A stretch of 64,000 nucleotides of DNA from Octopus bimaculoides (lineage: Eukaryota): positions 93,099,064 through 93,163,063 of the forward strand of contig NC_068982.1 in NCBI RefSeq assembly GCF_001194135.2. The letters run 5' to 3'. The stretch's first letter is position 1; each line of letters opens with the position of its first letter. Shown here piece after piece: positions 52,401 to 59,054 of this stretch. The notes below the pieces were generated by a model. That model saw only the letters and a list, made by a program, of their open reading frames with translations, had not been told where the DNA came from and searched no databases. Position numbers and translations under genes: made by a program.

Positions 52401-55273
52401 TTTAAGGCGAATCAGTGATTAGCATAAGATGAACAACTGTTCCTGGTTCTGGTAAAAGAAACCCAGCTTCTGTAAAGCCATCTTAATTTTGTAATTTTTC
52501 CTTTTCTCAAGTAAGGTATTTTCATTCCATTGGTCTTTATATAACGAAGCAGCTGAAATTATGACACTTTTGTTTAATCCTCAAGCACTGCTGATCAGAA
52601 CACTCAAAATGACATTTACACAGACACACACATCTATATGGCTAAGTGGATATGGAACTCACTTTGCTAGAACACAGAATAGTACATTATTTACCTTGAA
52701 AGTACCTTTCATATGGACTCAAGGTGCATAAAAGTACTCATATTTATATCACTGATAGATGAGAACTGTCTGCTACAACCACCATGTGATTCTGCCCTGC
52801 TTGGGATCCTCACTGTCAGATGTCTGGTAGCGACATAGAAGTTGAATCTTCTGTCGATGATATATAAAATTTCAGTGTCTCTTCATGCACTGATGTCACA
52901 AATAGCCAGTGGGTTTATCATCTGTCAATGGTATAAATACGAGTGCCTTTATGGACCACAAGTCCATATAAGAGGCCCTCTCAAGGTAAATAATACAGTA
53001 TTCTGAATTTTAATGCAATATCCATGTTAAGTTGGAGATGAAGATTGCAATTTGGTATAAATACTGTTTCTGTTGCTATTAGCCACATTGTTAGTATTTG
53101 GTCTCATTGCATAGCACCTCTGCTTTCTTCTGTAGCCTTGACTTATGTCTTGAATAAAATTAGTAGATGGGAACTGTATAAAAAAAAAGTCCACCATATA
53201 TCAGTGTGAGTGAGAGTGTGTGTATGTGTGTGTGAATGCTTACATTCTTCCACATGAAGAAAGCAAAGCTACGTTTGGAAATGATGTTTGTTGATGTTTG
53301 TTCTCAATGAAATTGTCCTCATGCTCTGTGCTTTTAAACAGAAATGAAATAAAAAATACTCTGAAAAGTAATTAGGGTTAGAAATTGTATCCTTTTCAGA
53401 ATGTCAGCTTGCTGGAATACTGCCACACCCTCTGGTCTATCCTGAAGACATTGATTTACAGATATTCAAGGTGAACATCAACTGCATTAATCACATTACT
53501 TATGAAGGGCATGCAGCAAAGTTTATGAGTACAGTTTCTTCTTTTAAAGTGAGCCATAAAAAAAACAAAAAACAAAAAAAAAAGTTGTAGAGATATCTAT
53601 CTGTTCAGAAAATATATGCCTGCTTTGTTTTGAAAGTGTCGAAATTACGTAAAAAAAGAGGTCTGCGTGCAAAGAGTAGAAGAATGATACTGATACAAGA
53701 GACAACAGTGAGTAAGTTGTTGATATACAGAAAGCAGAAGTTATAATTGTTGTGAGTGAAGAAAATGTGAATGTAAGGGAACACAGTGGTGGTGGAGGTA
53801 ATGATAATGACATTACTGACCACTGTGATAAAGTGAACTGATAGAAGAAGGTAACAGATTTTTCAAATAAAAATTTCATAACTCACATTGGTCCAAAGCT
53901 TTGACCGACTTTGACTGGTTTATAGTCAGCAGCCATGGCAACATCCACAGGAATTCGTCCAGGGGCTGCGAAGTGTGCCAGATCATCCACAGATGCTGTT
54001 TTAGGGTAGAGCCTACAAAATATTTCAATTGTGAAATATAAAGTTAAGGAAACACAGATCACTGGTTCACTCAGATTTCATTGTTTTTAAGTATATGAAA
54101 GATAAAACTTTCCCTGATCTAGGGATTTCATTAAATGAAAAAAAAAAACTAGTTTTGTGTCCAAACTCATCAACACTCCAGCACTCTTAAGCAGACTATC
54201 TCTCATGGCAAATGTTGTGTCATCACAACTCATTTGAAATTTTTAAATAAATGACATGGAAATTAACCTCTTACACTGTCTTTTTACATTCCTCATATTT
54301 TATCCATAACTCTAAAACCCTTAAATGATTTGTTGCAGTAGTAATAGAAAAACACATGACCTATAACATTTGGAGGAAGTCATCCATCACAATTAACTGT
54401 GAAGCTTTTGCATATCACTGCAAAGCTCACAATATCATGAGAAAATTAACAAAAGCTTTGTACATCACAGTCAGCTTTCCTGCTTCTTGGCCCCTTAACA
54501 AGGTCTGTTAACTCAAAGAGAAGGACTCCTCCATCCCACTTTTCTTCAGATGGATGGCTCAGTTAGCACAACTCCAGCTGAAAAAGCTTCAGCATCTACT
54601 GCGTTGCCTCTAACAATCATCCACTAGTATGGCTTCATAAACTCAGGTCTACTAGAAATTTGGTCTTATATTTCACCCCTGGGCTTTATCTGTCACTCAA
54701 CTTCTGGATTGAAAACTTTCTGACAGACTTCATCATTGCAACATTTGCTGTTCAAGTAATCCCCAATCACCACTCCATCAATTTGAGAGTATTACAAAGT
54801 TCAGAACGTCTTTCACATGCTTCCATTAGTAAATTTATTACCTATTTCTTGCCCATGCTAACAAACCATTTTCCTATGCAGATGTTACTATTCTTCATTA
54901 TTTGTTAACTTTCTGTAGACAAACGTCATCTACACACAATCAATATATACTACACATGTTAGATCTGAACAACTTCATGAACTGAGATCATGTTAGACTG
55001 TATAATCTTTGATATCTCTCACAGCAACTCTACATGTATAACATAGTCAAAAATTTACCACAAAGACTAAGACTACACTTTATACAGCATGGTGCTGTTG
55101 GAGTTTAGTACAATAAGAGAAGAAATAAATAATTCTGTAGAGTTTAAGTTCAAACAGAATTTTAAATAGTCATACCTTCCATATAGGTTGACATCAGTGA
55201 AGTAAATAGGTGAAATAAATTTTTCTATTCTTTCAGATGTCGTCCTTTTATGTTTTATTACGTGGTGCTCCAT
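4744..55273 (-). CDS. MAN2C1: Alpha-mannosidase 2C1 (cytosolic GH38), 28 coding exons in window, 3' end missing
   Basis: Exons were joined by hand with GT-AG ends and compatible phases, giving 957 codons with no stop. The peptide is collinear with human MAN2C1 as recalled. An in-frame TGA 9 nt upstream of the ATG supports the start. The C-terminal exon (about RLYEA onward) was not found in 1-4743. Confidence 0.97.
5461..5519. repeat. 24-bp tandem repeat, about 2.4 copies
   Basis: (atgataatggataggttgtcattg) repeated. Confidence 0.8.
8990..9400 (+). mobile_element. Degraded RTE-type LINE 3' fragment
   Basis: Broken similarity to the RTE C-terminal W-x-GH region; many stops. Confidence 0.4.
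9690..10052 (+). mobile_element. SINE family 1
   Basis: Full head, body and CAGTCAAATGACTG tail. Confidence 0.85.
10100..10640 (+). mobile_element. RTE LINE RT C-terminal relic (contains a 31-bp tandem duplication at about 10340-10400)
   Basis: [16 protein letters not shown]...[17 protein letters not shown] resembles RTE KAW..LFRATVESVLLYGSETWT. Confidence 0.65.
10819..10898 (-). CDS. MAN2C1: MAN2C1 coding exon 27
   Basis: [26 protein letters not shown](G); cttttag / gtaatg. Confidence 0.96.
11976..12085 (-). CDS. MAN2C1: MAN2C1 coding exon 26
   Basis: [36 protein letters not shown](L); atataag / gtaagt. Confidence 0.96.
13711..13881. mobile_element. piggyBac-type MITE
   Basis: TTAA TSD on both sides; perfect 12-bp TIR CCCTTTAGCATT; related copy at 39269. 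Confidence 0.85.
13914..14057 (-). CDS. MAN2C1: MAN2C1 coding exon 25
   Basis: [48 protein letters not shown]; ttgcag / gtgagt. Confidence 0.97.
14573..14659 (-). CDS. MAN2C1: MAN2C1 coding exon 24
   Basis: [29 protein letters not shown]; atttcag / gtaggt. Confidence 0.94.
14832..14970. mobile_element. Small MITE with perfect 16-bp TIR
   Basis: CCACTAGCATAGCTAG ... CTAGCTATGCTAGTGG; flanks acttga/gcttga (possible 6-bp TSD). Confidence 0.75.
15202..15271 (-). CDS. MAN2C1: MAN2C1 coding exon 23
   Basis: [23 protein letters not shown]; ttcttttag / gtaagt. Confidence 0.92.
16448..16552 (-). CDS. MAN2C1: MAN2C1 coding exon 22
   Basis: [34 protein letters not shown](R); tttttag / gtagat. Confidence 0.97.
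16748..18012 (+). mobile_element. Full-length, inactivated mariner transposon (about 1.27 kb)
   Basis: TA TSD and ~25-bp TIR (GAGGGGTGTTCATTAAAGATTTCC). Frameshifted transposase: [13 protein letters not shown] (HTH), [20 protein letters not shown]. Confidence 0.92.
18237..18657 (-). repeat. Inverted duplication of 17801-18209
   Basis: Reverse-complement match, about 20 mismatches in the 214 nt hand-aligned; spans mariner 3' end + TIR, unique DNA and SINE head. Confidence 0.95.
18658..18963 (+). mobile_element. 5'-truncated RTE LINE 3' end
   Basis: [54 protein letters not shown] matches the RTE C-terminus; ends ...GAAGGATGAT. Confidence 0.75.
19402..19496 (-). CDS. MAN2C1: MAN2C1 coding exon 21
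   Basis: [31 protein letters not shown](K); aaccag / gtaaga. Confidence 0.92.
19865..20400 (+). mobile_element. RTE (BovB-like) APE endonuclease relic
   Basis: [48 protein letters not shown]. Confidence 0.8.
20515..20588 (-). CDS. MAN2C1: MAN2C1 coding exon 20 (divergent)
   Basis: It has a long pyrimidine tract plus tag and a GAG|gtaagc donor. Its 74 nt give exactly the phase 1-0 bridge needed, and its only open frame reads (V)[24 protein letters not shown]. Protein similarity is weak. Confidence 0.65.
21640..22080. mobile_element. SINE family 2 (minus, about 21640-21810) and SINE family 1 fragment (plus, about 21870-22080)
   Basis: Same head and tail motifs as other copies. Confidence 0.65.
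22134..22257 (-). CDS. MAN2C1: MAN2C1 coding exon 19
   Basis: [41 protein letters not shown]; matches LIVNTLPWKR motif; ttgaag / gtatga. Confidence 0.9.
22960..23253 (+). mobile_element. Penelope-like element GIY-YIG endonuclease C-terminal relic
   Basis: [49 protein letters not shown] matches the PLE pattern IW.LK..IKW.I..C.LC..EK..LN.R.E...C.H. Confidence 0.8.
23877..24295 (+). mobile_element. Chapaev(3)-type transposase N-terminal zinc-finger region, pseudogenised
   Basis: [67 protein letters not shown]; family assignment from recalled motif. Confidence 0.7.
24320..24800 (-). mobile_element. RTE LINE RT C-terminal relic interrupting the Chapaev element
   Basis: [52 protein letters not shown]. 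Confidence 0.8.
25000..25135 (-). mobile_element. SINE family 1 fragment
   Basis: Reverse-complement head/body motifs. Confidence 0.6.
25276..25331 (-). CDS. MAN2C1: MAN2C1 coding exon 18
   Basis: [18 protein letters not shown]; ctcctctag / gttagt. Confidence 0.88.
26100..26750. repeat. Purine-rich (GA/GAT) low-complexity tract including (AG)n
   Basis: Strong strand purine bias by inspection. Confidence 0.7.
27040..27200 (+). mobile_element. SINE family 3 (tail CCATGCCAGCATGGAAA..GTTAAA)
   Basis: Related pieces at about 5400-5460 (+), 21120-21300 (-), 46680-46950 (-), 51090-51260 (-). Confidence 0.65.
27909..28086. repeat. 51-bp perfect tandem repeat, about 3.2 copies, straddling a 10-N gap
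   Basis: Unit cttttccacactgacaaaagctaagtagactgacttacttctaggcaagag. Confidence 0.85.
28377..28407 (-). CDS. MAN2C1: MAN2C1 coding exon 17 (31 nt)
   Basis: [10 protein letters not shown](D); ccaacag / gtaagt; phase 0-1. Confidence 0.9.
29127..29303 (-). CDS. MAN2C1: MAN2C1 coding exon 16 (NQFHD)
   Basis: [59 protein letters not shown]; ttttcag / gtgagt. Confidence 0.96.
29400..31100 (+). mobile_element. RTE APE relic split by the LTR (about 29400-29585 and 30812-31100)
   Basis: [27 protein letters not shown] on the left; [16 protein letters not shown] on the right, collinear with the RTE at 35490. Confidence 0.65.
29586..30811 (+). mobile_element. Solo LTR (Gypsy-like), partly in gap, inserted in an RTE relic
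   Basis: TGTA...TACA termini; exact 4-bp TSD TGTC (29582-85, 30812-15); CpG-rich; TATA-like TTTAAATAG at about 29840 and AATAAA motifs downstream. Confidence 0.7.
31640..31766 (-). CDS. MAN2C1: MAN2C1 coding exon 15
   Basis: [42 protein letters not shown]; gatttcag / gtaatt. Confidence 0.96.
31817..32144. repeat. AT-rich foldback / MITE with about 100-bp inverted arms
   Basis: 31817-31916 is the imperfect reverse complement of 32048-32144. Confidence 0.8.
32300..32337 (+). ncRNA. Decayed minimal type-I hammerhead ribozyme motif (PLE-associated)
   Basis: CCTTT-CTGTTGA-A-GAGT-GTAG-GCTC-AAAAC-ATA-AAAGA; restoring three CpG transitions gives the GAGC/GCTC stem II, GAAAC and GTA site. Confidence 0.45.
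33084..33301 (+). repeat. Near-exact copy of 35938-36155 (RTE segment) at a gap edge
   Basis: 218 nt with one mismatch seen. Confidence 0.85.
33525..34670. repeat. Local direct duplication (about 33525-33740 vs 34055-34205 + 34620-34670), second copy interrupted by a SINE
   Basis: taccaatacctacttt..ctcatgttggct matches tactaatacctacttt..ttcatgttagct; alignment resumes after the SINE. Confidence 0.8.
34205..34620 (-). mobile_element. SINE family 1, near full length
   Basis: Reverse-complement head, (AT)n body and tail. Confidence 0.88.
35490..36680 (+). mobile_element. RTE-clade LINE, APE endonuclease region, 3'-truncated, inactivated
   Basis: [46 protein letters not shown]; in-frame stops. 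Confidence 0.9.
37085..37138 (-). CDS. MAN2C1: MAN2C1 coding exon 14
   Basis: [17 protein letters not shown](K); ttttaacag / gtatgt; phase 2-2. Confidence 0.93.
37575..37770 (-). mobile_element. RTE RT fragment
   Basis: [33 protein letters not shown]. Confidence 0.75.
38550..38641 (-). CDS. MAN2C1: MAN2C1 coding exon 13
   Basis: [30 protein letters not shown](D); tttacag / gtaagt. Confidence 0.95.
39269..39489. mobile_element. piggyBac-type MITE (same family as 13711)
   Basis: TTAA TSDs; CCCTTTA TIR; shared internal sequence. Confidence 0.85.
39872..39967 (-). CDS. MAN2C1: MAN2C1 coding exon 12
   Basis: [32 protein letters not shown]; tttttag / gtgtgt. Confidence 0.96.
40209..40325 (-). 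CDS. MAN2C1: MAN2C1 coding exon 11 (catalytic nucleophile Asp)
   Basis: [39 protein letters not shown]; tttacag / gtaagt. Confidence 0.96.
40480..40810 (-). mobile_element. CRE-clade non-LTR retrotransposon RLE fragment
   Basis: [41 protein letters not shown] resembles the recalled CRE pattern LVWDATC.DT..AE..K..KY..VET.G.WG..QRISIA. Confidence 0.55.
41334..41377 (+). ncRNA. Second decayed hammerhead motif
   Basis: ACAC-CTGATGA-A-GGCTG-(10 nt)-CAGGT-GAAAC-ATG-GTG; core CUGAUGA and GAAA intact, stem II and cleavage triplet mutated. Confidence 0.5.
41625..41895 (+). mobile_element. 5'-truncated CR1/L2-group LINE 3' end (relative of the 59-61.8 kb LINE)
   Basis: [40 protein letters not shown]; tail GGTGGTGCTCCAATATGGCCAC. 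Confidence 0.75.
42248..42340 (-). CDS. MAN2C1: MAN2C1 coding exon 10
   Basis: [31 protein letters not shown]; ttgttgtag / gtaaga. Confidence 0.96.
42848..42958 (-). CDS. MAN2C1: MAN2C1 coding exon 9
   Basis: [37 protein letters not shown]; ctgttag / gtaaag. Confidence 0.96.
43404..43510 (-). CDS. MAN2C1: MAN2C1 coding exon 8
   Basis: [35 protein letters not shown]; cctggcag / gtgagt. Confidence 0.96.
44170..44261 (-). CDS. MAN2C1: MAN2C1 coding exon 7 (Zn-binding HxD motif)
   Basis: [30 protein letters not shown](A); ttttatag / gtaatg. Confidence 0.96.
44697..44997. mobile_element. hAT (Charlie-type) MITE
   Basis: TIR CAGTGGTTCCCAAA; 8-bp TSD ctctaggg/ctcgaggg. Confidence 0.9.
46060..46400 (-). 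mobile_element. SINE family 1 (minus) carrying a ~55-bp plus-strand tail-only insert at about 46200-46255
   Basis: Tails in both orientations; the body resumes after the insert. Confidence 0.7.
47170..47267 (-). CDS. MAN2C1: MAN2C1 coding exon 6
   Basis: [32 protein letters not shown](S); ctcttttag / gtatat. Confidence 0.94.
47460..47620 (-). mobile_element. SINE family 1 fragment
   Basis: Reverse-complement head/body. Confidence 0.65.
48984..49158 (-). CDS. MAN2C1: MAN2C1 coding exon 5
   Basis: [58 protein letters not shown]; cctcag / gtaagt. Confidence 0.95.
50025..50740 (+). mobile_element. Tandem cluster of 2-3 SINE family 2 copies separated by (ATT)n
   Basis: Repeated GAGTTCAA..CTTT(G/C)CCTTTCATC motif at about 50100, 50325, 50550. 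Confidence 0.7.
50875..50942 (-). CDS. MAN2C1: MAN2C1 coding exon 4
   Basis: [22 protein letters not shown](E); tttggtag / gtaaga; phase 0-2. Confidence 0.9.
51470..51630 (-). mobile_element. SINE family 1 fragment
   Basis: Reverse-complement head/body. Confidence 0.65.
51720..51843 (-). CDS. MAN2C1: MAN2C1 coding exon 3
   Basis: [41 protein letters not shown]; ttttcag / gtaatc. Confidence 0.95.
52675..53005. mobile_element. MITE/foldback with about 88-bp imperfect TIRs
   Basis: 52675-52762 is the reverse complement of 52918-53005, mostly transition mismatches; no TSD seen. Confidence 0.8.
53887..54012 (-). CDS. MAN2C1: MAN2C1 coding exon 2
   Basis: [41 protein letters not shown]; ttttgtag / gtgagt; phase 2-2. 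Confidence 0.93.
55176..55273 (-). CDS. MAN2C1: MAN2C1 coding exon 1 (acceptor at 55285, 12 nt UTR)
   Basis: [32 protein letters not shown](R); ttttcttattcag acceptor; AG|gtatga donor. Confidence 0.95.
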
Positions 55274-57221
55274 TGTAGGTCAAAGCTGAATAAGAAAAGT
55301 TGCAGATAGGCTTAAGTTATATAAAATGGTGAATGAGTGAACTTATATTCATTTTATTGAAAAGTATATTATTACGAAGTTGACACTGGAATGAACTGGA
55401 AAATGCAAGATGATTGGGAAAATATATTACATATACAAGAAGGTCTCTATTAACTTAAAGAGAAGGATTTCTCCATTCTACTCCTCTTTAAATTTATGGC
55501 TCAGTCTACTGTTTTGCCTCCACTTTACCGTCATACTTGTGGGTGAGTGTTAGAAACAAATCAATGACTGTTAGTTAATTAAAAAAAAAAAATAGAATCA
55601 AGAATTGGTACTGGATGGTAGCCATGACAATGGTTGACTAAGGATTACTTGGGTTTAGATCTAAAGCAGAGATCAGCTAATTTCTCATATCAGACCTCTT
55701 CATGGAATCATAACTTATTGATGTAAACTTATCATGTAAATTTCTAAAGTAAAATTAAAAAGTATAGATAATAAAAAAATTTTTGATTTAAAAACAATAA
55801 TTCCTTCCTTCTTTTGAGTCATCACTACTTTTTATTGGCAAAACTTCAATCATATTATATTGATATAGTTGTAATATTCAATGTAAAATATGTGTTTGTG
55901 TATTGCATCAATATTTGGCTGGAAATTAATGAGTTTTAGCCTTAAATTACCTCACTCTTCCAAATTCAGTTTGCTAATAATTCAACATCCTTATTACATA
56001 AAATTGTTTCAAGTGTTTATTGACCCCTTGGATAGCCACAAATACCCCCAGGGGTCACTAGTGACCATTTTGCTGACAATTTCAGAATTGGCTGAAGTGA
56101 GGTAGATGTTCTTGATGCAGGATGAGAGAAGGTCAAACAGTGATTGCTTGGAGGAGTTTGGAGTGGTAGATTCAGCAGATGAACAATAGCAGAGTGTGGG
56201 AAGGATAATTTGAGCCAGAGTAACAGGAAGTCTTTGTTGTTGATATCCTGATGAATAGAAGAAAGAATGGAGGTTTACATATATGCAGACATCACATTCC
56301 AGAGTGAAGTTTAGACAACAGGAGTGAGAGATTTGTGACTTACAAGGAATAAAAGCTGTGCTTCGTGTCTCAGTAGATGATGTGTAGAATTTAATTTAGG
56401 TTGGAGTCTATGAATGTTCAAGAAAAGTGAATTAAGTAGTATTTTCTTTCATGATATTTGGCTTAGTCTGATTGAAGTTGAGGAAAAGGAGACTATGACA
56501 TTAACTACTACTTTGATCCCTGTAAATAAACCAGCTGGATGTAATTTAGGTGAATTTCTCCAAATCTTGTGTTTGTTAAAGAACTGGAAGATACCAGATG
56601 CTTATATCTCCTCCTAGACATTTACTCCAAATATTTGCAACTGAAGAGAATACATTCAACTAAAGACAAATGAAACAAGAGATAGTATTAAACTGTGCAA
56701 GGGTGTGTGGTATTTTATCAGATCACTAGCAATAGGCCAAAGCTTGTCATATCAAATTTTCAGGAAGTGAAGTGGTATGATAGTGTTGCCATTGCTCCAT
56801 ATATGTATATGACTTTCATTATTGCATATGCATTACATTCTTCAATATTTTACTTGGGTATTCTGCAACATTTCAATTGTAAGATAAAATAAACTGATGA
56901 AATGACTGATAATCTTAAGACTTTGTCACTTGTATTCACACATTATGATTAAAAAAGAGGTGAGTTGCAGACAAGAGGAAGAAATATATGTATTTTATCA
57001 GGTACACTGCAATGATACACTATTTCAGTCCTGACCCAATAATACAAAATCAAAATAACATGCGCACAACATGCTGAAAGAGACTAACATAATCAAAACA
57101 GTAATGTTGTTGGTCTAAGTTGTTTTCTCAAATACTGTTTTTTTTATAAATTAAAAAAAATTTTTTTTATAAAGTACAATGACGAGTAATAATACAATAA
57201 TGCTAAGAATAGAGAACTCAC

Positions 57222-57298
57222 ATTTAGGTACTGAAAGTAGATGGCATCTGAAGAAGTCCTTGACTTATGGGATTAATAAAATAAATTCTTGGACTACA
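57222..57298 (-). other. Probable MAN2C1 5'-UTR exon (77 nt)
   Basis: ttattatag acceptor and AAT|gtgagt donor on the gene strand upstream of coding exon 1; stops in all frames. Confidence 0.45.
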
Positions 57299-57599
57299 CT
57301 ATAATAAATTCAACTAAATCAACCGTTCTGTATAAAATGTATAGCCTTATACTGGCATGTTTATTAGAACAGAGTTGCTTTTTAGTCCTATATTAATTCT
57401 GATTAAAAACTTTTATCAAAAATGATCTAATAATAAACATTGTCCTTTTTGAAGGGTATCTGGAATTTTTTGATTAACTATCCAAATGTTTTTTTTGTCT
57501 TTTTTTTACTTGCAGTCTGAAGGGGCAGTACACAATGACTTTGCAGGTTCTTCTAAGCCAGTGAGATTAGTGCTATTAATATTCTCTTTGAACTTTTGT

Positions 57600-58060
57600 A
57601 AATAAACACATGCAAGAAAGACATGAACAAAGAAGGAATTCCGGAGGACAAAAGCTCTAGGTTAAAAGAGCTGGATGTCATAATTAGTGCACAGCTTGGG
57701 GAGGGTTGGAAACAAACAGGAGTGATAACAGGAGGAAAGGCAAGTAGCACAGGAATGCCAGATTAGAGGTCAGGCATTAGAGGAGCAATTGTCCCATTGG
57801 ATATGCCACAGAAAAGTCTGAGAGAGGAGACAGTGTGATTCTGGGTACGAGGCCAAAGCATAGCTATGATTGACTTTATGCAAATCAGTTGGATGGCCCA
57901 TTTCTAGATGCAGTCAAGAACGTTTGTGTGTACAGCAGCAGCACTATCCTAGATGGAAGAGCAATACTTCCATCATCTATCTTTCTCTTTACACGATAAA
58001 GGTAGAGCTATATGGGGGTAGAGCTTTTTTGTTGGTGAGGAAAAACAAGAGTTATTCAAT
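57600..58060 (-). mobile_element. Highly degraded Jockey/L2-group LINE 3' relic
   Basis: Patchy similarity to RT C-terminal motifs; low certainty. Confidence 0.35.
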
Positions 58061-58734
58061 TTGGCAATGGAAGAAGGATCTAAGCGATTTCTTATCAGTT
58101 AGATTTTATTTTTCTGTTTAAGTAATAACCTAAGTTACTTAATAAGTTAAACAAAGCAAAAATAATGTCACAATTATGTCTACTAGCAAAATCACAATAT
58201 TGTGGGTGATACAGCATTCTATTGCAGCTATATGACATGTTTGCGACTAAGCGACATGTGATGACAATTCCCTCCTGAACTGAAATAGGATCCCAGCGTC
58301 TGTTTCATAAATGGTTATATGGACCACTCCTAAAAAAGCCAGAGCTTCCTTCGACCACTACATAAAAGGTATTAAGAAAAAAAATGTTATTTAGATATAC
58401 TTTTATTTTAGTTGTTTACACTATTTCATGCTTGTTTATACACTTATACATTCAAAGTTCACAAATTTCCTTATTTAAATTATGAATTGTATTCTGTTCG
58501 ATAATACCAATATGATTACAAAACTTCTTTGCAGATGATATTTTCTGTTTGGTCAACACTAATTTTCAAATTACTGGAGTCTGTTGTTCTTATAGCGATG
58601 TTTAACTGGCCATGTGTAAACATCGAAGTGGGTAAAAATACCTACACGATCTAAAGTTCTGGCCCTGTGCCTTGTTTTGCTGTGAATGCTTGAGCGGAAT
58701 CTTTAGGGTCGCAAAAAATCAAACTAAGACTTAC

Positions 58735-58960
58735 CTCTCGCTGTTCTATGCAAATAATGTCTGGATGTTCTGGTACCATGCATTATTTTGATTGACAAAA
58801 CTGAGATGAAAACAGCAGCCGCTTCGATTATCCATTTCGAATTCTGCTTGAGACTGACACATTTCAATAACCACTAAATAATCACACACACCATATACTG
58901 ACACACACTTTTTACATTTTATTTTCGCTATTGACCATCCTTGTGGCTCCCTTCGCATCT
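58735..58960 (-). promoter_or_regulatory. Probable first non-coding exon / promoter of MAN2C1 (right boundary approximate)
   Basis: Consensus donor GAG|gtaagt at 58734/58735. There are visibly more CpGs than in the introns (not counted), and TCAGT initiator-like motifs near 58855 and 58900. Coding exon 1 starts with an acceptor, so an upstream exon must exist. Confidence 0.55.
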
Positions 58961-59054
58961 GCAATAGGGCCACGAACTATTCGATGAAAATGCAGAGTTA
59001 CGCGTGGTTGGTGAATTTTTAATGAAAATGCAAAGGTGGTTTATCAATTCAAAA

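Noticed and set aside
52820-52990. Plus-strand short ORF ([15 protein letters not shown]) and CAAG|gtaaat donor
   Set aside because: The donor is part of a MITE arm mirrored at 52675-52762, so it is not an exon.
58255-58330. Box C (GTGATGA) with nearby CTGA, suggesting a C/D snoRNA
   Set aside because: There is no terminal D box at the right distance and no terminal stem.
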